A program made the position numbers and the translations under genes. From IMG/VR virus record IMGVR_UViG_3300038393_001252: DNA of 20,000 nt, one strand, 5' to 3'. Below, piece after piece: positions 14,601 through 20,000 of the stretch (within the stretch, counting starts at the first letter, position 1; every line of letters begins with the position of its first letter). The notes beneath the pieces are model-generated. The model saw nothing but the letters and a program-made list of their open reading frames with translations, did no database searches and was not told the DNA's origin. This DNA is from an uncultured virus (IMG/VR IMGVR_UViG_3300038393_001252). Taxonomy: Duplodnaviria; Heunggongvirae; Uroviricota; Caudoviricetes.

Positions 14601-16589
14601 GACATTGCGCTTGCACTGTTCATGGCCCACCGGCAGTGGGGTAGTGCTGGGACGGTGAACTACTTGCAGGAGGCAAAGAACACGGTTGCGGCGCTGAAGT
14701 CCAAGAACTTTAAGCCCGACGGAACCACCTACGGGTTGTTCAACGACGTGAGCAGAACGAGTGACTACATGATTGGTCACTTCCGCACCTTTGAGGCTTA
14801 CACGGGTGACGCGTTCTGGACCACGGCGCGAGAACGGAGCCTGGAGCTCATTGTGCGGTGCCAGACCGTGTTTAGCCCTGCGGCTACCCTGATGCCAGAC
14901 TACCTCGTGAACACCGGGGGTGAGTTGGCAGGGCAGGCGTACCCGCTGGCAGGTGAAATGCACGTGGGCGCACTGTACGTTGCGGGCACGGGTGGCTCAG
15001 TACCGAGCCCCGGGAGCAGAGCCGATGGGTTGGACACGGAGATGTTCTATTACAAGAACGCTGCACGCAACCCGTGGAGATGGGGAACGGACTACGTGTG
15101 GTCAGGGGACTCCAATTGGGGTAACGTCCTGAACAAGTTGACGAACTTCTTTAAGTCGTACACAGGCGGAGACCCGAAACGCATCCCCACTGGCTTCCGC
15201 ATGGACGGTACAATTGGTGGCAACGCCGCACTCAGCAGCCCCTACCCCGCCTCCACTCCCTCCTACATGGTTGGTCCCCTGCTGTGCGGCGCAATGGTGG
15301 ACCAGTCGCACCAGCAATTCCTCAACTCCGCTTGGGACCACAACGCGGAGAGCCATAGTACGCTGTACTATGATGCAGAGTTGCAGTTGCTGCCAATGAT
15401 TGTGGCGAGTGGTAACTGGTGGACCCCGGAGTTTAACGCTGCCAACCTGCCAAAGGCGCGCGCTAAGATTATTGAGACTGCGACGGACACCGCTTCCATT
15501 CCTGGTAAGGTGTTTGTGAAGGGGGCGGTGACTGCGAGCGAAAGCCCAGACGTCTTTGCTGCCAGTGGTTCGCTTAGCGGTGCTACGTACACGCCTATTG
15601 ACGCCCAGGCCGCGGTTAACGCTGCAACGGCCGGTAGCGTGCTGGACCTGACATACCGTACCTACAACGGTACCCTTACCATCAACAAGGCGCTCACGGT
15701 CAAGGGTCTTACGATGACCTCCGGCGCTGGGCAGACCGCTGTCAACGTCACCGCCAACAATGTGGTGCTGGATGGCTTGACCATTACGGGTCCGCAGTTC
15801 AGCTCCTTTAACGGTAGCGAACGTGGCATCTACTCCGTTGGTACTTCCAGCGCACGTCGCACCGGCCTGCAAATCTTGCGCTGCAAGATCACCAAGTTCG
15901 GCAACGCTGGTATTGAAACTGACTTTACTAATGGCGCTCTGATCCAAGACAACATTATTGAAGACACGGTCTACATGGGTATCCTCATGTGCTCTGCCAT
16001 GGGGGACACGGTGAAGAAGAACACGGTGCGCCGCGTCGGCGTCCTTGGTTCCTCTACGCAGTCGAACAACGCATACGGCATCGCAATCAGCTCCAACAAC
16101 CCGAGCGTGAACCCGCAGTCGCAGGACGTGCTGGTGGACCTGAACCTTGTGGAGGATGTGACCACATGGCACGGCATCGATACCCACGCTGGCGTCCGCA
16201 TCACGTTCACTAACAATTGGGTCTTGCGCTGCTACCGTGGCGCGTTCATTACCAGCGACGCTGCGAGCCGGCGGAACAACGGTTGCACGGTCAGCAACAA
16301 CCGCATCGACGTTCCGGCGCCTGTGAACGACCGCTGGGGTATCCAGTGGGTCTTTGGCGACAACGGTATCTGCACCAATAACAACATCATTGGCTGGCCG
16401 CAGGGCGCCACTGTGCTGCAACAAAGCAACACGGGTATGACGGTGAGCGGGAACTACAGCGATGCGAACGCTGCACCGCCTGCAGCTGGCGGAACTGGAC
16501 CCACTGCACCTCCGCCCTCCAGCACCAACATTACTGACCAGGCTGGCCAGACCATCACGGACCAGAACGCGAGTGCGCTTACGGGGTGA
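11667..16589 (+). CDS. Multidomain tail-tip/hub protein carrying GH18-like, GH8-like and beta-helix domains (1640 aa)
   Basis: Coupled to the tape measure gene (ATGA). aa ~1-495 form a tail-tip structural region (LLPLCFGEVHNIEPVLVD). Then: Pro linker; GH18-like aa ~544-818; Pro linker; GH8-like aa ~854-1254; ~2 copies of the 22-aa repeat; beta-helix aa ~1308-1598; Pro-rich tail. Confidence 0.85.
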   Translation: MTDQQFIDWLADPLAIRCVLVEAVVNSGGIEQTRYLSNLGYVCSNPQNPTVLLDYEALIVGGCEIEETLNLDGGFSFTIGDVEINNTGGERDSWLSDIWRNRSLLMYVGDVRWPRTDFRLVFRGIIADIGSRSRNVLNLTMRDNLQRLNTAITEAKLGGDGNLADKLLPLCFGEVHNIEPVLVDKALLKYQVHQGTIESIIEVRDNGIPVTAQSTLTDGKFTLAKAPYGQLTCSVQGDATGGYTNQVAPLIQRIITSYGPYDTRFAPTEVDTTSFNTFTFVNPQAVGVYITDRANILEVCNALASSIGAQLTCTPTGLARLIKIELPVSGKSPTLVNGSNIKEKTLQLVERVPVKGSVKLGYCKNWTVQDGMQSGVVTDHKAMYAEEWLTTTLQNSAVLNAYKITGEPEQEDTLLLTKAHADAETSRRLTLWKTPRAVYQYEGFPELMLEELGGAQSISNGRFGFGLPTDAQIIGVKRNWLTCTPTFQILTTVAINVAQAPNAPPAPLPPPAPQVPVPPPPSPIPAPPPPAPIPAPPPPVTADGWPTKVLAAYYVGWDQTVNIRNITQDFNVLYLFNAHFDAGNGAANWPWPGFPANSDIQACRQRGQKVILSVGGSGFAFPFQNRTQSQNFVNSIVTICSTFGGLDGVDFNNYEGQTTMVISELVWICGELRRLLGAGFGFTSPPGGNNTGGGNVNGISGSTGYDLNLAAALNDAGLLTYVAPQYYDWSYYNQPGTISGRNEDWVSRLGADRVVLGTSAPNYPPPGQSGTGTPLNIATSEWDICLSRHPTQRGAMCWHAQYNAASGNQWSNAMKGRVQPQTAPPPSAPPPPPAPSAAASYPFGSRLDNPTGAYPFGIMPTSMSQQDMDTTIKLFYNAWRDRNLRNMAGTTLPSDAYVVRFGDSTTYATVVEGLGMGMLIMVLMAGYDPNTKIYFDGLFKTARTRSAYTLGTPYLAEWRLNFDGSSGGQGYNAMDGDMDIALALFMAHRQWGSAGTVNYLQEAKNTVAALKSKNFKPDGTTYGLFNDVSRTSDYMIGHFRTFEAYTGDAFWTTARERSLELIVRCQTVFSPAATLMPDYLVNTGGELAGQAYPLAGEMHVGALYVAGTGGSVPSPGSRADGLDTEMFYYKNAARNPWRWGTDYVWSGDSNWGNVLNKLTNFFKSYTGGDPKRIPTGFRMDGTIGGNAALSSPYPASTPSYMVGPLLCGAMVDQSHQQFLNSAWDHNAESHSTLYYDAELQLLPMIVASGNWWTPEFNAANLPKARAKIIETATDTASIPGKVFVKGAVTASESPDVFAASGSLSGATYTPIDAQAAVNAATAGSVLDLTYRTYNGTLTINKALTVKGLTMTSGAGQTAVNVTANNVVLDGLTITGPQFSSFNGSERGIYSVGTSSARRTGLQILRCKITKFGNAGIETDFTNGALIQDNIIEDTVYMGILMCSAMGDTVKKNTVRRVGVLGSSTQSNNAYGIAISSNNPSVNPQSQDVLVDLNLVEDVTTWHGIDTHAGVRITFTNNWVLRCYRGAFITSDAASRRNNGCTVSNNRIDVPAPVNDRWGIQWVFGDNGICTNNNIIGWPQGATVLQQSNTGMTVSGNYSDANAAPPAAGGTGPTAPPPSSTNITDQAGQTITDQNASALTG
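13296..14120 (+). other. GH18 chitinase-like (beta/alpha)8 domain within the tail protein
   Basis: Ordered motifs KVLAAYYVGW, FNVLYLF, GQKVILSVGG (SxGG), LDGVDFNNYE (DxxDxDxE-like), YVAPQYYD, RVVLG and GAMCW match the GH18 ChiD/class-III-like strand pattern. Confidence 0.8.
14226..15428 (+). other. GH8 (alpha/alpha)6 glycoside hydrolase domain (chitosanase/lichenase/cellulase family) within the tail protein
   Basis: TVVEGLGMGML..VLMAGYD....YFDGL carries the catalytic-acid Glu. AMDGDMDIALALFMAHRQW fits the GH8 signature with 2 deviations. Also RTSDYM..HF, LMPDY, YYKNAARNPWR and MIVASGNWW. Confidence 0.88.
15590..16460 (+). other. Right-handed parallel beta-helix (pectin lyase-like) domain within the tail protein
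   Basis: AQAAVNAATAGSVLDL cap, then repeated coils with Asn ladders (NVVLDGLTITG, LIQDNIIEDT, VKKNTVRRVG, TFTNNWV, CTVSNNRI, ICTNNNI). Confidence 0.8.
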
Positions 16590-16595
16590 CCAGAT

Positions 16596-17765
16596 ATGGC
16601 AACAGTGATTAACGCCCGTGATGTGCTGATGCTTGCTGCGCCTTCGCGGGTGGAGCAAGTGAACCTGCCTGACAACGTGGGCACGGGTCCGCGGGCGTGG
16701 ATTGAGGCAAGCTCCCCTTCGTTCTTCATTGCCACCAACGGCGTGGCGACCCCTGACACCATTATCCTAGACGGGTTGGTGAGCGGCGTTACGTTCGCTG
16801 ACTTCCCGACCTGGAGCGTTGTGGTGGGGAGCGCCACGCTGGACCCAGCGGTCAACCCAACCGGGAACCAGAGCCTTACGAGGCGCCAGCTTAGCGCTGC
16901 CAAGATGCAGACCAACCTTGTCACGGTCCGCTACACGGTGCCCTATAGCGACGGGACGCTGGGGGTTAAGAGGTTGATTGGTGAGTTCACCATCACAAAG
17001 ATCATTGAGGGTAGTGCGGGGGTTCGCGGTAGTATCTCCTTGTTCGTTACAGGTCAAAACGCATGGAGCGATGCGGTGGCGGACGCAGCCGTTGCGCAGG
17101 CTACGAACACGAACTACAAGGTGACCGGCGACCAAGTGACGGAGAGCAACAACGGCGGGTTTGCTGAGACCAGGCAGTGGAGCGGTGGTGCGTGGGTAGT
17201 GCTACAAGGCGTGCTTAGTGGCTCGATGCTAGCAACTGGGACCGTTCCTGGAACCGCGTTGCAAAGCGGCGCCGTGGACATCAGCAAGCTCGCCAACCAA
17301 GTCACCAGCAGCAACTACATAGCGGGGAGCGCTGGGTTCCAGATTGACAAAGCGAACGGGCTCCTTAACCTCTACAGCGGTGTGGTTAGGGGAGATGTGC
17401 GTGCGACCAGCACAGCGGCAAACGCTGTTGATAGTTCAGCGTTGCAAGCCAACTCCGTTAGCCAGCTCTACACTTCCAGCAGCGCCACCAGCGGCAACTC
17501 CACCAGCGTCACGGTCAGCGTCCCTTCCGGTGCCAGTGCAATCGCAATCAGCATCAACGCCGGTCTCTACGTCAGCGGCGGACAAACGGGTAAAGCATGG
17601 GCTAACTTTACGGACAACGGTGTGACGGTGCAGGCGGAACAGTTTACGGTCATTAGCCCCTCTGCTGGAAGCCACGTGATTACAGCTACGCGTAGCAACC
17701 CGACCAACGACAACACGCTTTATACAACCCCGATGTATTTGAGCGTGACCGTGTTTAAGAAGTGA
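16596..17765 (+). CDS. Tail-tip/central fibre protein, partly resembling the C-terminal part of lambda J-type proteins
   Basis: 389 aa. FTITKI, SSNYIAGSAGFQIDKANG...VVRG is typical of J-type central fibres, followed by a Ser/Thr-rich beta-sandwich-like C-terminus. Confidence 0.6.
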   Translation: MATVINARDVLMLAAPSRVEQVNLPDNVGTGPRAWIEASSPSFFIATNGVATPDTIILDGLVSGVTFADFPTWSVVVGSATLDPAVNPTGNQSLTRRQLSAAKMQTNLVTVRYTVPYSDGTLGVKRLIGEFTITKIIEGSAGVRGSISLFVTGQNAWSDAVADAAVAQATNTNYKVTGDQVTESNNGGFAETRQWSGGAWVVLQGVLSGSMLATGTVPGTALQSGAVDISKLANQVTSSNYIAGSAGFQIDKANGLLNLYSGVVRGDVRATSTAANAVDSSALQANSVSQLYTSSSATSGNSTSVTVSVPSGASAIAISINAGLYVSGGQTGKAWANFTDNGVTVQAEQFTVISPSAGSHVITATRSNPTNDNTLYTTPMYLSVTVFKK

Positions 17766-17775
17766 CCACACCACC

Positions 17776-17952
17776 ATGGCTAAGATCAAGATCCACAGCG
17801 TGAGCACAGGGGAGTTCCTGCGCGAGGTGCATTGCCCAGATGGTGAGGAAGACGCGCAGTTGCTAAGCGAGGATGAAGAGTATTCAATTATTGAAGCCTT
17901 CGGCAACTTTAACCCACACGGACCCGTTAAGCCCGATGTCGAAAATGGGTAA
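17776..17952 (+). CDS. Small acidic hypothetical protein (58 aa), possible fibre chaperone
   Basis: ATG 17776 to TAA 17950-17952: MAKIKIHSVSTGEFLREVHCPDGEEDAQLLSEDEEYSIIEAFGNFNPHGPVKPDVENG. It fills the intergenic gap and is below the ORF-track length cutoff. Confidence 0.65.
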   Translation: MAKIKIHSVSTGEFLREVHCPDGEEDAQLLSEDEEYSIIEAFGNFNPHGPVKPDVENG

Positions 17953-17969
17953 GGGGTTACAATCCGTGC

Positions 17970-18809
17970 ATGGCCAACCTCCGCATCCTGTACGAAAACC
18001 AAATTGACGCGCCGGATTGCTCGTTGGGTGCTTCCACCTCCGCTAGCTTGCTCGTGCCTAGCAACCTGCGGAGTGACCTGAAAACGAAGGTGCACCGCAG
18101 CACCGGGCCCACCGTTACCTACACCATCACATGGCTCAACGCGCGCGTGTTCAACATGGTCGCGTTCATGTTCACCAACCTCACAAGCGGCGCCAAGGCG
18201 CGGGTGCGCTTGTACGCCAACATCGAAGACATTACCCCGACGTTTGATAGTGGGTACCAGGACGCCTGCGCCAACATCCCGTTGGGTATGTGGGCATGGG
18301 GTGGACAGCCCCTTGGCGTCAACGCCTTTAGGTTCGGTGGTGCAAGCCACGGGAGGGCGTACTTTGACGACATGCTGGCAAAGAAGATCGTGGTGGACCT
18401 GGACGACCCGTACAATACGAACGGGTACTTGGAGGTGAGCAGGCTGCTGTGTGGTCAGTACTGGAGCCCGGAAACGAACGCAGACTACGGCATGGAAGCC
18501 AAGTATGAGTTCGGCACTGAGCACGAGCTTAGTGATGCGGGTGACCTGCGCACAGAGCGCAGACCCATTAGGCGCGGCATTGCGTTCCAGCTTAGCTGGC
18601 TGAAAGACCCGGCTGACCAGATTAAGATGCACGAGATCCTGATGAGCAACGCGATGGCGCGCCCCATCTTCCTCAGCATGTTCCCGGAGGACGTGGACAC
18701 GGGGTTGGAGCAGAGGCACCAGCTTTACTGCAAACTGGACGGGGACATTGGCATGAGCCATCCTAGTTACGGGGTGTTTGCTATGCCGTTGAACCTGAGG
18801 GAGATCTAA
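17970..18809 (+). CDS. Minor tail protein (possibly distal-tail/Dit-like)
   Basis: 279 aa with MANLRILYEN, GYLEVSRLLCGQYWSPETNADYG and RRGIAFQLSWL. SD AAGGGG; lies in the tail-tip cluster. Confidence 0.65.
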   Translation: MANLRILYENQIDAPDCSLGASTSASLLVPSNLRSDLKTKVHRSTGPTVTYTITWLNARVFNMVAFMFTNLTSGAKARVRLYANIEDITPTFDSGYQDACANIPLGMWAWGGQPLGVNAFRFGGASHGRAYFDDMLAKKIVVDLDDPYNTNGYLEVSRLLCGQYWSPETNADYGMEAKYEFGTEHELSDAGDLRTERRPIRRGIAFQLSWLKDPADQIKMHEILMSNAMARPIFLSMFPEDVDTGLEQRHQLYCKLDGDIGMSHPSYGVFAMPLNLREI

Positions 18810-19432
18810 TGTCTAATACGTTCTACCCAGGGCAGCTAGACTATATTGACAAGCTGAACGCGCTGTGGGACCTTGCGAACTCGCAGAGCACGGGGATTGT
18901 GCAAGCGGTGACGGTGGCGCTGCCGCTGGTTAAGACCGGGACGCCACAGGTCCCCGTCATTAGTCTTCCCGCTTCGGATTCGAGTACGAACGGGTACATG
19001 ACCAGTGCACAGGCGTTGAAGCTGGCGCAACTGAATAACTACGTGCTTCCGGTTGCCACTAGCGCTGTGTTGGGCGGAGTTAAGATTGGTGCCGGTATCC
19101 TGGTAACGCAAGACGGCACGATTGCTGTGGGCGGTGCGGGTGCAAGCGGAACTGTTACCAGCGTGCAACCCGCGGCCGGAAGTAACATTACGATTATCAA
19201 CCAGACCACGAACCCGGTCATTGACGTAGGGGTGGCCACACAGGCACTCAAGGGCATGATGTCCCCTGCGGATAAGATCAAGCTGGATAGCATCCCGGGC
19301 GCTGGTACGAACCCAATTAGCGACACCCCTCCCACCAACCCCTTCCCCGGGCAGCCCTGGATCAAGCAGTCAACAGGTATTGAATACACTTGGTTCTTTG
19401 ACGGCCAGATCTCCGCCTGGGTAGAACTCTAA
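18809..19432 (+). CDS. Fibre-like virion protein (207 aa)
   Basis: TAATG overlap. Fibre-shaft motifs LPASDSSTNGYMTSAQALKL, YVLPVATSAVLGGVKIG and ATQALKGMMSPADKIKLD. C-terminal PPTNPFPGQPW...AWV module. Confidence 0.65.
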   Translation: MSNTFYPGQLDYIDKLNALWDLANSQSTGIVQAVTVALPLVKTGTPQVPVISLPASDSSTNGYMTSAQALKLAQLNNYVLPVATSAVLGGVKIGAGILVTQDGTIAVGGAGASGTVTSVQPAAGSNITIINQTTNPVIDVGVATQALKGMMSPADKIKLDSIPGAGTNPISDTPPTNPFPGQPWIKQSTGIEYTWFFDGQISAWVEL

Positions 19433-19443
19433 GCCCCACAACC

Positions 19444-20000
19444 ATGCAACTCAAAATCAGCCCCAACGTCGGTGACCAGATTGTCTCCGGGAACATCACG
19501 TGGCAGTGGAACGGGTTTGCTTGGGACAAGCTAAAGCCTGATGTCACGCGGGTGGGTGTAGAAACCCTTAAGAACAAGACGATTGTGAACCCCACGGCGG
19601 GGGCACAGGTGTTGCAGGACGCGAGCACGATTGTTTGGGACTGCGACTTGGGGCAGGTAGCTGAGGTGACCCTGAACGGGAACCGGAGCATTGCGGCACC
19701 GCTGAACCTGAAACCGGGCGCGATGCTGGTGCTGTTCGTGAAGCAGGACAGCATTGGAAACCGGGGGTTGACGTTTGGAACCGGATACAACATTAGCGAA
19801 ACGTACACGCTGAGCACGACGCAGAACGCTGTAGACGTGTTCGTGTTCTGGGCGGACCGTACGGCGAGCAAGGTGCTGGGCGGAATGCGATACAAGGGGC
19901 AGCCCATTTCTGCTCCGCCTCCCCCTGCCACCAGCCCGCCACCCTCTCCCACGCCACCTCCCCCTCCGCCCCCTGCCACGCCTCCCCCGCCCGCAGCCAG
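19444..20000 (+). CDS. Fibre-like virion protein, 3'-truncated, entering a Pro-rich linker
   Basis: ATG 19444, open to the window end: MQLKISPNVGDQIVSGNITWQWNGFAW...TLKNKTI...VTLNGN...VKQDSIGNRGLTF...AVDVFVF...SAPPPPATSPPPSPTPPPPPPPATPPPPPAA. Absent from the ORF track because it has no stop. Confidence 0.85.
   Translation, partial: MQLKISPNVGDQIVSGNITWQWNGFAWDKLKPDVTRVGVETLKNKTIVNPTAGAQVLQDASTIVWDCDLGQVAEVTLNGNRSIAAPLNLKPGAMLVLFVKQDSIGNRGLTFGTGYNISETYTLSTTQNAVDVFVFWADRTASKVLGGMRYKGQPISAPPPPATSPPPSPTPPPPPPPATPPPPAA

Noticed and set aside
13821..18761. Minus-strand ORFs of 380, 518 and 441 aa
   Set aside because: They overlap well-supported + strand genes and have no independent coding signals.
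19362..19979. 205-aa Gly-rich minus-strand ORF
   Set aside because: Antisense of the + strand fibre gene. Its poly-Gly is the complement of the poly-Pro linker.

Overview
This window is the virion-morphogenesis region of a long-tailed (siphovirus-type) phage or prophage. All credible genes lie on the + strand and are tightly coupled. The order is: 3' end of a fibre/spike-like gene; a ~637-aa protein with 15 tandem ~22-aa repeats that appears to start at a non-canonical ATC; head-tail adaptor; head closure; tail terminator; major tail tube with a downstream terminator hairpin; a tail chaperone pair joined by a -1 frameshift; an HK97 gp10-like gene; a 1726-aa tape measure; then the tail-tip module. 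The most unusual element is a 1640-aa tail-tip protein. Its structural N-terminal domain is followed by Pro-rich linkers, a GH18 chitinase-like barrel, a GH8 chitosanase/glucanase-like domain and a right-handed beta-helix. It also shares two short sequence modules with the head-region repeat protein. A further fibre gene with another Pro-rich linker runs off the right edge. All family assignments come from motif recognition by eye, not database searches.
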